Positions 25,763 through 37,237 of a DNA stretch of 64,000 nt are shown here, piece by piece. Location of the stretch: the IMG/VR virus record IMGVR_UViG_3300031555_002663, positions 9,985 through 73,984 of that record; one strand, written 5' to 3'. Made by a program: the position numbers and the translations under genes. The notes beneath the pieces were generated by a model, which was not told the origin of the DNA, searched no databases, and was given only the letters and a program-made list of their open reading frames with translations. Within the stretch, counting starts at the first letter, position 1; each line of letters starts with the position of its first letter. Origin of the DNA: a virus (taxonomy: Duplodnaviria; Caudoviricetes).

Positions 25763-27415
25763 TTGGATACTAAAATGACTCGCTCTGAAGAGGTTCATAG
25801 CAAAGGCTTCGACTTATTTGGTTCTACATATAGCCTTCAAGATGTTGAGGATCCACTTGCTTATCGAAAGATTAAGGTCGGTCCAAAAAGTCTTGATGAT
25901 GCAATTTTAAATCTTGGTAGCTATAGTGCAGATTTGCCGAAATACAATGGTATTAGTAAACGAATGATTTTGCAGGCTTTAGCTGTAAATGATTTAAAGG
26001 AACTTCGTAGAATTTCAAATTTGTTTTACAATGTAAGTGGTATGTATCAACGCGTATGTGATTATTTTGCATATCTTTATAGATACGATTGGTATGTTGT
26101 TCCAGAAGTATACGATGATGGAACAAAAGAAGAAAAGATTTTGAAAGATTTTTCAAAGATTTTAAACTATTTAGATAATTCTTATTTGAAGAAAATGTGC
26201 GGAGATATTGCCCTCGAAGTTATTAAGAATGGTTGCTATTATGGTTATATTGTTGACAGTCCAGATGGATTGGTTTTGCAGCAATTGCCAATTGATTTCT
26301 GCCGTTCAAGATATTATGTTGGGACAAATCCCGCAATCGAGTTTAACATGAGATTCTTCGACACTATTCCAAATGTGGCTTATAGAATGAAGGTTCTTAA
26401 ATTATTCCCAGAAGAGTTTGCAAAAGGTTATATGCTGTATAAGCAAGGTAAGCTTGTTGATACAGAAGATACCAGCAGACCTTTTGGAGCATGTATGACA
26501 AACTCTGGTTGGTATTTGTTAGATCCAAATAATACCGTTAAATTTAATTTCAAAAATAGCGATGTTCCAATTTTTGTAAATTCAATTCCAGCTATGTTGG
26601 ATTTGGATGCAGCCCAAGATTTAGATAGACGCAAACAAATGCAGAAACTTTTGAAAATTATTGTTCAGAAGTTACCTATGGATAAAAATGGTGATTTGAT
26701 TTTTGACGTTGATGAAGCTAGAGATATCCATAATAATGCAGTTGAAATGTTAAAGCGTGCTATTGGTGTTGACGTTTTAACTACTTTTACTGATGTTGAT
26801 TCTATTGACTTGTCTGATAAAAATACTACTGCAAGTCAAGACGATTTGGAAAAGGTAGAAAGAACGGTTTATAACAATTTAGGTATTTCTAAAAATATTT
26901 TTAATACTGATGGTAATTTATCTCTTGAAAAGTCCATTTTGAATGATGAATCTACTGTAAGAAATCTTTTATTGCAGTTTAATATGTTTATGGATAGAGT
27001 TATCAAGAAAAAGAATACTAATATTAAAAAGTATAATTTCAAGATTTATTTCTTGGAAACCACACAGTATAATTATCAAGCATTATCCAAGCTTTATAAA
27101 GAGCAAACTCAGCTTGGCTATTCTAAAATGTTACCACAGATTGCTCTTGGACATTCACAAAGTTTCATTCTTAATACTGCTCATTTTGAAAATGAAGTAT
27201 TGCATTTAAGTGAAATTATGATTCCTCCATTAATGAGTTCTACTTTAAGTAGTGAAGATATTTTGGGTAAAAAAGATTCAAGTGCAAGTTCTAATTCTCA
27301 AAATAATTCAGGAACGAAGAAAAACTCTACGGAATCAAAGACGGTCGGGCGTCCTGAAAAGGCCGATGATCAGAAAAGTGAAAAAACAATTTAGAATAAA
27401 GAATCAATGAGCTGA
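25763..27415 (+). CDS. portal protein (1 in-frame TAG)
   Basis: About 550 aa between terL and protease; reads through TAG 27392 to TGA 27413-15, which abuts the next SD. Confidence 0.8.
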
Positions 27416-27425
27416 GGAGGATATT

Positions 27426-29015
27426 ATGAAACATACAAGCATTAAATTAGATACGCCTTGTGAGTTTATTAATGTAACTCCTGTCAACCCTTTAATTTCT
27501 AAGTGTCAGATTAAGGTTTGTTATGTTGGTGAAGAACCTAATCGCAACAGAAGTATTATTACGAAAGAAGTGGCTACCCAAATGGCGAATAGCTTGCCAG
27601 GTAGCCCAATTGTTGGTTTTTATAACGAAGCTAAAGAAGATTTCGAAGAGCACAATCGTGTAATTGATATCTCTAATGGCGAGTTTAAAATTAAAGACAC
27701 TACCAGACCTTATGGTTTCGTTGATATGAATGCAAAGGTTTGGTTCCAGAAATTTTTAGACGATGGCGTAAATGAACATGAGTATCTAATGACAGAAGGG
27801 TACATTTGGACAGGTCAATATCCAGAAAGTCAAAGAATTATTGACAAAGGAAATAACCAGTCTATGGAACTTTCTGAAAATTATTTAGATGCGACATGGA
27901 CAAAAGATGATAATGGAAAACCATAGTTTTTTATTATTAATGAGGCAATAGTCTCAAAACTTTGTATTTTAGGTGAGGACTGCGAACCTTGTTTCGAAGG
28001 CTCCCAAATTGCAAAGATTGAGTTTTCTTTCGATGATAGCTTTAAGAATCAACTTTTTGCTATGATGAATGAACTTAAAGAATATTTAAAAGAAGGAGGA
28101 GCCAAAGAAGTGTTTACAAGATATGCAGTGGAAATCGGTGACGCTTTATGGAGTGCACTTTATAGTCACATCGAAAAGACTTATCCCGATGCACAGAACT
28201 GCTACTGCTCTGTTTACCGCATTGAAGGAATCTTTGAGGATAACGGACAGAAGTTTGCTGTTCTTCAGAGTCGCTCTGACATGAAGTATTATCGCTTAAA
28301 TTTCGCTCTTACTGAAGATACTGGTTTTGTTCCTTCCGACACCTTAATCGAAGTTACTAAGTCCTATACTCCTGCCGAAGAGCCTCAGTTTGCTCTTGAC
28401 GCTGTTGAAGAGTTTGAGGCTGAGTACGCTAATAAGAAAAAGGAAGAAGAAGAGGGCAAAGATGGTGAAAACGCCAATAACAATTCTGAAGATAATTCAG
28501 AAGGTGGCGAAGAAGAAAAGTGTCCTAAGTGCGGCAAGCCTCTTGCAGAGTGCGAGTGCGACGATGAAGATAACCATGAAGACGGACCTCAGAAGACCTA
28601 TAATCTTGAAGAGGTTGTTGAATATACCGAGCTAAAGGCTCAGTATGAAGAATTAGAAGCAAAGTTTAGTGCTCTCGAAACTGAGCATGAAAACCTTAAG
28701 TCTGAAGTCGAACCTTTAAAGGCTTTCAAATTAGAAGCTGAAAAGAAAGATAAGCAGGCTATGATTGATCAGTTCTATATGCTCTCTGACGAGGATAAGG
28801 CTGACGTAATTGCTAATATTGACACTTACTCAGTGGATGACATTGAGGCAAAGCTTTCTATTATTTGTGTTCGCAACAAGGTGAGTTTCGACCTTGACGA
28901 AGATAATAAGAACAGCGGAAATCCTACCGTTTATAATTTGAATAATAACGATAGTGATGAAGCAAATGTTCCAGCATGGGTAAAATCTTTGCGTGAAACC
29001 GCAAAGTCCATGTAA
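27426..29015 (+). CDS. prohead protease/scaffold fusion (1 in-frame TAG)
   Basis: ORFs 27426 and 28062 are in frame across TAG 27924; the joining segment carries SKLCILGEDCEPCFEG; acidic coiled-coil C-half. Confidence 0.85.
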
Positions 29016-29047
29016 AATAAAAAAACTATTAAGGAGGAAAATCTAAG

Positions 29048-29887
29048 ATGATGACAGATTTTTTAAAGAGTCGTATTACATCTCAGGCTAAGTATCCTGA
29101 AGTAGGATTTGGTCAGGTCGAGCCAAACCATTTGTCTGCTCAGTACACTGGTCAGATTTATGCTCAGTTGCCTGCCGATCCTGATATTGAGATTCTTGAA
29201 CAGGGTCAGTTTGTAAAGTACGACTATGCCAATGGCCTCGTTAATTTTACTGGCGAAGGCGAATGGATGCTTGTTTATAATGAAATTAAACTTTATAGAG
29301 ATTTCCAGAGAGATTGCGAATTCGCAATGTTGAAGGGTAACTATCAAGCTCGTGTTTACAGCCCACTTGATGGTACTGTAATGCAGGAGATGTATGGTCC
29401 TACTCGTTTCTTACAGGGTAAGAGAGAGGCTTATGACAATGCTACTGGCACTCTCCAGACTCTTACTGGCGAGTTGGCCTATGATGAAGTAAATAAGAAG
29501 TGGGTTCAGGCTGATGAGGATCATCCTGCTGCTGATTATTCTGTTGCTTCTACTGTTCATGATTATTATGAACTTGATGATGTAAATGCTCCTGATCTTG
29601 ATGAAGTTTCTAAGAGACTCTTCATGAAGCTCCGTGATTACAAAGAAAAGATGATGCCTGCTGGCACCACTATGGTTCCTCGTGTATTTAAGACTAACGT
29701 TGGTGACCATTATACTACTAATATGATTAATGCAACTCCTGAAGAGCTCACTCTCGGTGCAACTTTGAAGGTTGGCGAGAAGGGTATTCTTGAACCAGGT
29801 TCTGATGAAAAGATGACTTGGCAGGTAGTTAAGGTTTATACAATGCCCGACCATCAGCGTGGCGTTAAGATCATGCGTATCGCGTAA
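29048..29887 (+). CDS. capsid-associated structural protein (decoration-like)
   Basis: Position between scaffold and MCP; strong-expression codon bias. Confidence 0.6.
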   Translation: MMTDFLKSRITSQAKYPEVGFGQVEPNHLSAQYTGQIYAQLPADPDIEILEQGQFVKYDYANGLVNFTGEGEWMLVYNEIKLYRDFQRDCEFAMLKGNYQARVYSPLDGTVMQEMYGPTRFLQGKREAYDNATGTLQTLTGELAYDEVNKKWVQADEDHPAADYSVASTVHDYYELDDVNAPDLDEVSKRLFMKLRDYKEKMMPAGTTMVPRVFKTNVGDHYTTNMINATPEELTLGATLKVGEKGILEPGSDEKMTWQVVKVYTMPDHQRGVKIMRIA

Positions 29888-29904
29888 GAAAGGAGAGAAG
29901 AGTA

Positions 29905-31002
29905 ATGTTAGATAGAGCTAATTTAGTTGCTTTAATGAAGCAAGTTGCTAAGGCTGATCCTTCTGCTCCAGTTTCTTATAGCTATGGTGATCAGAATTTC
30001 AGCTATGACCAGTTGAATGAAACTCTCCGTAAGGAGCTTAATGAATACGCTGGTACTTATTCTCTATATCGTGAGAATAAAAATTTGATTTTCTCTTTAA
30101 TCGAAGAGACAATTAACGAAATCCTTCCTAAGAAGGTTGAGCAGGCTTATATGCAGTTTGCTGAGACTAAGACCTTCAAGCAGGGCGACAAGCCTATTTT
30201 CCGTCGTAAGAGAGATGCACGTTCTCGTGCTAAGCAGTTCGTAACTCGCGTTGGACTTGCTGGTATTTATGAAGTCTTTAAGCTCGGTCCTTCTGAGGCT
30301 GAGAGCTTCGAAGTCCGCACCTCTGCTATCGGCGGAGCTGCTCAGATTGGCTTCGAAGAGTTCCTTGATGGTCGTGTTGACTTCGCTGAAGTTACCGCTA
30401 TCGTTATGGAAGGTATGGACGAACTTATCTTTAAGGAAGTCGGCCATGCTCTTAAGGCTGCAGTAAATCAGCTTCCTCCTGCAAATATCGTTGTTACTAC
30501 TGGTTTCGACGAAGAAGAATTTGATCGTCTTCTTGTTATTGCTTCTGCTTATGGCGAGCCTTCTATTTACTGCACTTACGAGTTCGCAGTTAAGATGGTT
30601 CCTTCTGAGGGCTGGAGATATACCGAGTCCATGAAGAATGAGCTTTGGAACACTGGTCATCTTGCTACTTATAAGGGCCGCAAGGTTATCATTCTTCCTC
30701 AGGGTCTTGAAGACGAGTCCAATACTCGCAAAGTAATTGATCCTGGTTATTGCTATATTATTCCTGCCGGTGCTGATAGTAAGCCTGTTAAGATTGCTTT
30801 TGAGGGTGGCGCTATTGTTGACGAATATGTTAACAAGGATCGTAGCCGTGAGATTCAGGTTTATGAAAAGGTTGGCGTAACTGCTTTGTTGGCTAACAAC
30901 ATTTGTGCTTATGTTGACTTGGCTCTTGCTGGTCAGTATGACCTTCAGGGTTCTAAGTGGGATAGTACTGCATACATTGATATGACCTATCCTAACGCTT
31001 AA
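29905..31002 (+). CDS. major capsid protein
   Basis: 365 aa, strongest codon bias in the module, follows scaffold, terminator downstream. Confidence 0.8.
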   Translation: MLDRANLVALMKQVAKADPSAPVSYSYGDQNFSYDQLNETLRKELNEYAGTYSLYRENKNLIFSLIEETINEILPKKVEQAYMQFAETKTFKQGDKPIFRRKRDARSRAKQFVTRVGLAGIYEVFKLGPSEAESFEVRTSAIGGAAQIGFEEFLDGRVDFAEVTAIVMEGMDELIFKEVGHALKAAVNQLPPANIVVTTGFDEEEFDRLLVIASAYGEPSIYCTYEFAVKMVPSEGWRYTESMKNELWNTGHLATYKGRKVIILPQGLEDESNTRKVIDPGYCYIIPAGADSKPVKIAFEGGAIVDEYVNKDRSREIQVYEKVGVTALLANNICAYVDLALAGQYDLQGSKWDSTAYIDMTYPNA

Positions 31003-31030
31003 TTAATAACCGAATAATTAATATAATTAG

Positions 31031-31066
31031 AGGGGAGCAGGGGTATTCCCCTACTCCCCTTTTTCT
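31031..31066 (+). terminator. intrinsic terminator after MCP
   Basis: AGGGGAG.AGGGG-TATT-CCCCT.CTCCCCT plus T tract. Confidence 0.8.
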
Positions 31067-31093
31067 TATTTTTGTGATAAAGGAGATATTAAA

Positions 31094-31681
31094 ATGAGTA
31101 CAATGTACAATGTTAAAAATAGAAGTGCCGGAGTGGCTGTTTATAAGATTCCTGAGCTTGGAGTTCGTCGTAGTTTTGCCCCTGGTGAAGTAAAGCAGAT
31201 TAGTGCCGAAGAGCTTGAAAAGCTTACCTATCAGCCCGGTGGCATGGCAATGCTTGCTGGCTTTTTGCAGATTATGGAACCAGAAGCAATTAAGAAGGTT
31301 GGCTTAAATCCTCAGCCTGAATATCATATGAGTGAAAAAGATATTGCTAATCTTATGATTAATGGTTCCATTGATGAATTCCTTGACTGTCTTGATTTCG
31401 CTCCTCCAGGCGTTATTGATTTAATTAAGAAGATGAGTGTAAGTTTACCTCTTGCTGATTATCAGAAGAAATCTGCTCTTAAAGCAAAGACTGGTTTTGA
31501 TTGCGATGCTGCTCTTAAGCACGTGATGGAAGAAAAGGAAGATGATGGCGAGAATACAATCCTCAAAACTTCTGGTGAGCGCAGAGTTAAGAAAGAGGAG
31601 CCTGCTGCGCCAGAGCGCAGAACCGCTCCTAAATATAATGTAGTAACTCCTACTGAAAAGAAGGAAGAAACTGCTGAGTAA
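31094..31681 (+). CDS. virion morphogenesis protein
   Basis: 195 aa in the head-neck block. Confidence 0.6.
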   Translation: MSTMYNVKNRSAGVAVYKIPELGVRRSFAPGEVKQISAEELEKLTYQPGGMAMLAGFLQIMEPEAIKKVGLNPQPEYHMSEKDIANLMINGSIDEFLDCLDFAPPGVIDLIKKMSVSLPLADYQKKSALKAKTGFDCDAALKHVMEEKEDDGENTILKTSGERRVKKEEPAAPERRTAPKYNVVTPTEKKEETAE

Positions 31682-31706
31682 TCTTCAAGAAAGGAGGTTG
31701 TAAATT

Positions 31707-32282
31707 TTGGGAACTAAATTTGCAACAGTATATAACCGCTTTCTTGGAAAAATTACTGATGATATGTATCTAGAATTAACTCCAGAAGATACAATTAAGG
31801 ATTTGCAAAATCTTTTAGTTGATGCAATTCCTGGATTTGAATTTCCACGAATTAATCTTTATGATTATGATATTTCGGTTGTAAAGATTGCCGAAGATGA
31901 AATCGTAGAAGAAGATTTTGTTTTGGGTGTAGTTTGGGAAGATGATTCTGGGGAATTATCAGAAGTTCCTAACGTTCTAGTCGATCGTTCTAGTTTTAAT
32001 GTTGAATTAAGCTCTGAAGAAGTTAACATCTTAGCACTGTTAATGAAACAGGCTTGGGTTCAACGTCAAGTCACTTCTATTGAGAATACAAGAATGAAAT
32101 ATAGTGGAGCTGATTTTAAAATGACTTCACAAGCTAATCACTTGGCTAAATTGCTTTCATTATTGACAGAGTCTCGTAGAGATTCTTTCCATATGCAAAG
32201 ACTTTATAAAAGGAGAAAACTTTCCAAAGATGGTTATTCATCTAACTGGTCAGTTTTACGAGAAACAAGTGCTATTAACTAA
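31707..32282 (+). CDS. putative head-tail adaptor
   Basis: TTG start; YSGADFKMTSQANHL; position after capsid genes. Confidence 0.55.
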   Translation: MGTKFATVYNRFLGKITDDMYLELTPEDTIKDLQNLLVDAIPGFEFPRINLYDYDISVVKIAEDEIVEEDFVLGVVWEDDSGELSEVPNVLVDRSSFNVELSSEEVNILALLMKQAWVQRQVTSIENTRMKYSGADFKMTSQANHLAKLLSLLTESRRDSFHMQRLYKRRKLSKDGYSSNWSVLRETSAIN

Positions 32283-32583
32283 ATATGATTTTTTATTCTC
32301 AGCTAATGACATTGATAAAAATGTTAAACGCCTAACTAATCAACTTTGGAAATTAATTCCAATGAGAGAAAATGATGAAGATTGGCGTAAACAATTGGAT
32401 ACAGTTACTTTAGAAGTTGTGGGTCTGAATGAAATTTTCCTTTCATACCCACAATTTTTATAGCTGTTAAGTAAACTAGAAGGATTGCAACATACTGAAG
32501 AAATTGAATTTGATTTGTATCGAAAAACTGTTTTTGAAGCTATAAATTTACTTCAGGAGATTAACCGTGTCACGAGGGTATGA
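32269..32583 (+). CDS. hypothetical neck-region protein (1 in-frame TAG)
   Basis: Reads through TAG 32461 for 40 more codons to TGA, overlapping the next start. Confidence 0.7.
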
Positions 32584-33670
32584 CCTTAGTGAAAAGTTGG
32601 GATACAGATTAATTCAAGGACGTTTAGGAGTATATGATAAATACAAAACAGTTGATACCATTCTCGACTCCGATTTAACTGGTATTGAAAATCAGTTTAA
32701 ACGCTTAAAGCCTCGTAAAAAGTTCGGAGGTGTCCAAGACGCTCGAATCAATTACCAAGGCGGCAGTTTTCAGCAAGATAGAATGATTGCCGATAAGCGT
32801 AGATCGCTAGATCGAGCATTATGGTATTCATACCAAGGAGCGAATGTAATTAAGACTGACTCCACTGCAGAAGAGCACGTTAGAGCCTTAATTAATCCAA
32901 ATAAATTAAAACAGGACTATGATGACAAAATCATCTCTGTTGGATTCGAACATGATTTTGAACCCGGCACTGTTTTTGAATGGATTGGAACTAATACCTA
33001 TTGGCTTGTTTATCTTCAAGATTTAACCGAGCTTGCATATTTTAGAGGAGATATTCGTAAATGTTCCGATGAAATTTCATGGGAAGATGAAGATGGTCTT
33101 CATAAAGCTTATGCAGCAATTAGAGGTCCAGTAGAAACAAAAATTAATTATATTCAGAAACATGGAATCAGTGTTGACACTCCAAACTTTTCTTTAAATA
33201 TATTAATGCCAAAGACTGAGTCTGCGGTGAAATATTTTCAAAGATATAAAAAATTTTATCTCCAAGGAGATAAAGATTATAATATTTGCTGGCGAGTTGA
33301 GGCAGTAGACTGGCTAAGTATGCCAGGTGTTTTAGAGATTAATGCCGTTGAGTATTATGCTAATGAAACTGAAGATGATTTAGAAAATGGCTTGGTTGGT
33401 GCATTAATTGCCGAACCAGTATCTCCAAACACACAAGAACAAGAAGAAAATATTACAGGTCCTACATTTATTAAACCTAAGCGTGAGTATGAATTTACTT
33501 ATGTCGGTAATAAAGTGGGAGAATGGTCTGTTGATAAAGACGTCCCTGTAAGCTTAGAGCAAAATGGTAAAACTGTGAGACTTCGTTGGCATGACACATA
33601 TAGCGGTCAATTTGATCTCTATTATGCAAAGGTGTTTAAAAAGACTATTGTTGTAGAGTCTTTGTTTTGA
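32567..33670 (+). CDS. putative head-closure/neck protein
   Basis: 367 aa, beta-rich, position. Confidence 0.55.
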   Translation: MSRGYDLSEKLGYRLIQGRLGVYDKYKTVDTILDSDLTGIENQFKRLKPRKKFGGVQDARINYQGGSFQQDRMIADKRRSLDRALWYSYQGANVIKTDSTAEEHVRALINPNKLKQDYDDKIISVGFEHDFEPGTVFEWIGTNTYWLVYLQDLTELAYFRGDIRKCSDEISWEDEDGLHKAYAAIRGPVETKINYIQKHGISVDTPNFSLNILMPKTESAVKYFQRYKKFYLQGDKDYNICWRVEAVDWLSMPGVLEINAVEYYANETEDDLENGLVGALIAEPVSPNTQEQEENITGPTFIKPKREYEFTYVGNKVGEWSVDKDVPVSLEQNGKTVRLRWHDTYSGQFDLYYAKVFKKTIVVESLF

Positions 33671-33690
33671 GTAAAAGGAGAGTATGTTAA

Positions 33691-34278
33691 ATGAAGATTA
33701 ATAAAGATCCGATGCCTAAATCTTCATTCCTATCTATGGAAAAAGATATGCATCTTATTACCAATATGATGCTAAGAAATCCTCGATTAAAAAAGTTGTT
33801 GCATCATACTACACCAAGATGTTTAGAGATGCCTGCTTTGACTGAGGATCAAACCTATGATCTTATTGGTAAAAATATTAAATTAATTCCTAAACTTTAT
33901 GTCGATAATTCAGTATTGAATTATATTATTGTTAGCTTTGATAATTTTACACCAAATGCAACAAATCCAGAGTTTAGAGATAATATTATTGAATTTGACA
34001 TTATTTGTCATTTTGACCAGTGGGGCCTAAAAGATTTCCAATTGCGTCCATATAAAATTGCAGCGGAAATTGATTCAATGTTTAATGAAAAACATTTAAC
34101 TGGAATCGGTACTTTAAAATTCTTAGGTGCGAATCAAATAATTCTTACTGACGAATACGCTGGTTTATGTTTAATGTACTCTGCTATTCATGGCGAAGAA
34201 GACAAGATTGATATGCTCAATCCTCGTGATCAAGAGCAGTTTGAAAAAGACTTTAAAGAATTAATGGGCCAAAAATGA
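33691..34278 (+). CDS. putative tail terminator/completion protein
   Basis: IEFDIICH...RPYKIAAEIDSMFN; upstream of tail tube gene. Confidence 0.55.
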   Translation: MKINKDPMPKSSFLSMEKDMHLITNMMLRNPRLKKLLHHTTPRCLEMPALTEDQTYDLIGKNIKLIPKLYVDNSVLNYIIVSFDNFTPNATNPEFRDNIIEFDIICHFDQWGLKDFQLRPYKIAAEIDSMFNEKHLTGIGTLKFLGANQIILTDEYAGLCLMYSAIHGEEDKIDMLNPRDQEQFEKDFKELMGQK

Positions 34279-35003
34279 ATGATATTCGATTGGCGCTAAT
34301 GTGCGGGTCGGACATCCCTATTCCTGAGATTCAAGCGGCCGTGCATTAGCCGAAAATGAAAGAAATTGCTCTTATTGGAGAAGCAGATTTTTTTGTAGCA
34401 ATACAATGCTTAAACGTAGACAAAAACCTTTTACGTCAGGACAAAACACTTTTATAGAATACAAGTAATTTTTAGATATTTATGACGATAATGTCTGAGA
34501 AGGAGACAAAAGATAAGAAATTAGCAACTCAGCAATTACTACAACTTTTATTTCCTAATCATAACATTATGTTTACCCCTCGATCAATTCTTTTACAAGG
34601 AAAAGAGAATTCTTCAACAATTGATGAATCAAATTTCGAGTTTTTGCAAGAAATTTTAAAACAAGTCTTTTGTGTTTCTAATAAAAATAATCAGCAGGCA
34701 GGTTTTAATCCAGCAAATGAAAAAGCTCGTGAGATTGCTGAAAAGTTAATGAGAGGTAGACAAAGAGTTGCTGAACAAAACGGTTCAGCTAATGCTAGTA
34801 TATTCAGCCAATATCTTTCTATATTAACTGTTGGACTTTCATCCATGTCTCTGCAAGAATTAATGGAACTAACCATGTATTAGTTATATGATTTAGTGGA
34901 AAGATATCAGCTTTATATTAGTTGGGACATTGATATTCGTTCTCGTTTGGCTGGAGCCAAGCCAGATGATCGTCCCGATAATTGGATGAAAAACATTCAT
35001 TAA
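34275..35003 (+). CDS. tail-region protein, chaperone-like (4 in-frame TAG)
   Basis: ATGA overlap with previous gene; TAG at 34347, 34455, 34473, 34881; continuous 242-aa frame to TAA. Confidence 0.8.
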
Positions 35004-35025
35004 TTTTTAAGGAGGAAAATAACCT

Positions 35026-36054
35026 ATGAAATTCGGTGTTCGCGAAATTTGTGACGTTGTTTTGAAGGCAAAGGCTCCTCAGAAGATTGGTAATAAGATT
35101 TTCTATAAGAACGAGCCAGTTCTTTATTTCGACACTTTAAAAACTTCTACTATGGAAGGCGCTGCTACCACTGTATATGCACAGGGTGGTCGTGGTAACT
35201 CTCGTCTCGTTGCATGGGAAGGTGAGAGAACTGTAACTTTCACTATGGAGGACGCTTTGATTTCTCCAGAAGGCTTTATGATTCTTTCTGGTGCTGGTCT
35301 TATTGAGGCCGCTGAAAATAAGCCTGTTTATCAGCACGTAACTGAAACTGTTGATGGTTCTAAGATTTCTAGAACTCAGGAAGGTATTACTATTAAGTTG
35401 AGCAAAGAGCCTTATTTGCCAATTATGACTGATGACTCTGTTGGCGTTGAAGGTAACTATGCTTATGTAATGCTAGTTAAGAATGGTGAAATCGTTTCTG
35501 AGCCTTACATTCCTGTTCATGGTGATGTTACCAAGGTTGAAGAGGGTAGCGAAGTTTACTATCTCTTGAACGTAGCTGGACATGAAAACTATGATACTCT
35601 TGAGACTGATGCTGGTTCTGAAGATCAGTATGATGTTGATGCAGACCTTACTGCTGTTGGTGCTTTTGATAGCGTAATCGTTGATTATTATGTAAAACAC
35701 ATTGGTGGTGCAATGCAGATCGAAATTACTCCTGACAAGTTCGGTGGTAACTACTATCTCGAAGCTTCTACTTTGTTCCGTGATCAGAACGGTGTTGACA
35801 TGCCTGCAGAATTTATCATTCCTAACTGCAAGATTCAGTCTAACTTTACATTTACTATGGCTTCTTCTGGCGATCCATCCACTTTCACTTTCACTATGGA
35901 TGCATTCCCAGATTATACAAGATTTGACCATAGTAAGAAGGTTCTTGCTGCAATTCAGATTATTAAGGACGTAACTGGCGAAGATCTCTATCGTCTTGAT
36001 ACTATCCATAATTTGACTGATGAAGGTAAGAAACACGACATTATTCTTGGTTAA
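35026..36054 (+). CDS. major tail (tube) protein
   Basis: 342 aa, strong codon bias, FTFTMASSGDPSTFTFTMD, terminator downstream. Confidence 0.75.
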   Translation: MKFGVREICDVVLKAKAPQKIGNKIFYKNEPVLYFDTLKTSTMEGAATTVYAQGGRGNSRLVAWEGERTVTFTMEDALISPEGFMILSGAGLIEAAENKPVYQHVTETVDGSKISRTQEGITIKLSKEPYLPIMTDDSVGVEGNYAYVMLVKNGEIVSEPYIPVHGDVTKVEEGSEVYYLLNVAGHENYDTLETDAGSEDQYDVDADLTAVGAFDSVIVDYYVKHIGGAMQIEITPDKFGGNYYLEASTLFRDQNGVDMPAEFIIPNCKIQSNFTFTMASSGDPSTFTFTMDAFPDYTRFDHSKKVLAAIQIIKDVTGEDLYRLDTIHNLTDEGKKHDIILG

Positions 36055-36076
36055 TAGAGAATAAATATATAAATTT

Positions 36077-36110
36077 AGGGGAGAGATAGAAATATCTCTC
36101 CCCTTATTTT
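36077..36110 (+). terminator. intrinsic terminator
   Basis: AGGGGAGAGATA-GAAA-TATCTCTCCCCT plus T tract. Confidence 0.85.
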
Positions 36111-36132
36111 TGTTTAAAGGAGGAAAAGGCGT

Positions 36133-37176
36133 ATGGATTTAGTGATTCCAAATATTGCTGCAGAAGCAGAACAGTTAGGAATTCAAGAAATGTCTGAAAA
36201 TGTTGTTTTAGAACATAAAGGAGATTTAGAGTTTTTAAAACAAGCGGCTTTAGATTATAAGAGAATTGTTGACGATTTAGATGGTAGATTAAAATTATTT
36301 TCTCAAACGCTAAAAAGACAATCTCAAATACGACGTCAAGTTGGAAAAACAAATGTCCAACAGGTCGATGAATATGTTAAAAATAAAGAAAAAGTCCATG
36401 AATTTTTAATTAGCGATATTCCAAAGCAATTATATCATGCCAGTTTTGAATTTCAAAATAAATTAAATGAATTTTTAGGTCAGCAAGTAAAGATGATATT
36501 TGTAGTTGAAGGAGCTTCTGGACCAGAACTTTATGAAATGACTTCTGAAGAAATATTACGATTTGACTATAGTAGTTCGAATCAATTGTCTGCTCGTTAT
36601 AAAGTTACAAGTGATGATCTTGGAAAGTCATTAAAACATTTAGAAATTACTGAATCAAATTTGAATTTTAGTTTGACAGGATTAAAAACTACATATTCAG
36701 AAGTACTTGCAAGATATCGTATCAGCAGAAGTAAAAATTTAAGATTGCTCATGTGGAAGCCTGGTAATTCTTGGAAGAAAATGACTATTTCTGCTGAGGG
36801 CGATATTAATGAGGCTTATGCTGCTTTTGTATTTTTAAATAAAGTGTCTCCATCATTTAAAAAAAGTATGGAGTATAATATTGGAGATTTTGCTCAAGGC
36901 GTAGCAGCGGTAGATAATATGTCAGGTTTATTAAAAGGTGACGTTAGTGTTGGAAATATTGAGTATGGTATTAAATCTGCAGATGCATCAGCTCTTGGTT
37001 TAAAACAGATGGAAAAATTGGCGAATCAAATTCTTATGGAAGATTTTGGTCCAGATTCTTTGCAAAAAATTCAACAAAAATTAGCTTCAAGAGCGAAAAC
37101 CCGTAACCATATTTCTGATTTAGTTAATAACACCACAGATGAACTTTTAGAAATTATTGATCCAAGAGTGCAATAA
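36133..37176 (+). CDS. hypothetical protein inserted in the tail module
   Basis: 347 aa between a terminator and a sigmaA promoter. Confidence 0.75.
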   Translation: MDLVIPNIAAEAEQLGIQEMSENVVLEHKGDLEFLKQAALDYKRIVDDLDGRLKLFSQTLKRQSQIRRQVGKTNVQQVDEYVKNKEKVHEFLISDIPKQLYHASFEFQNKLNEFLGQQVKMIFVVEGASGPELYEMTSEEILRFDYSSSNQLSARYKVTSDDLGKSLKHLEITESNLNFSLTGLKTTYSEVLARYRISRSKNLRLLMWKPGNSWKKMTISAEGDINEAYAAFVFLNKVSPSFKKSMEYNIGDFAQGVAAVDNMSGLLKGDVSVGNIEYGIKSADASALGLKQMEKLANQILMEDFGPDSLQKIQQKLASRAKTRNHISDLVNNTTDELLEIIDPRVQ

Positions 37177-37177
37177 C

Positions 37178-37206
37178 TTGACAAGACAAAAAAATTATGT
37201 TACAAT
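37178..37206 (+). promoter_or_regulatory. sigmaA-type promoter
   Basis: TTGACA-17-TACAAT with TG. Confidence 0.7.
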
Positions 37207-37237
37207 ATAATAAGAAGAGTAAAAGGAGGTAAATGAA

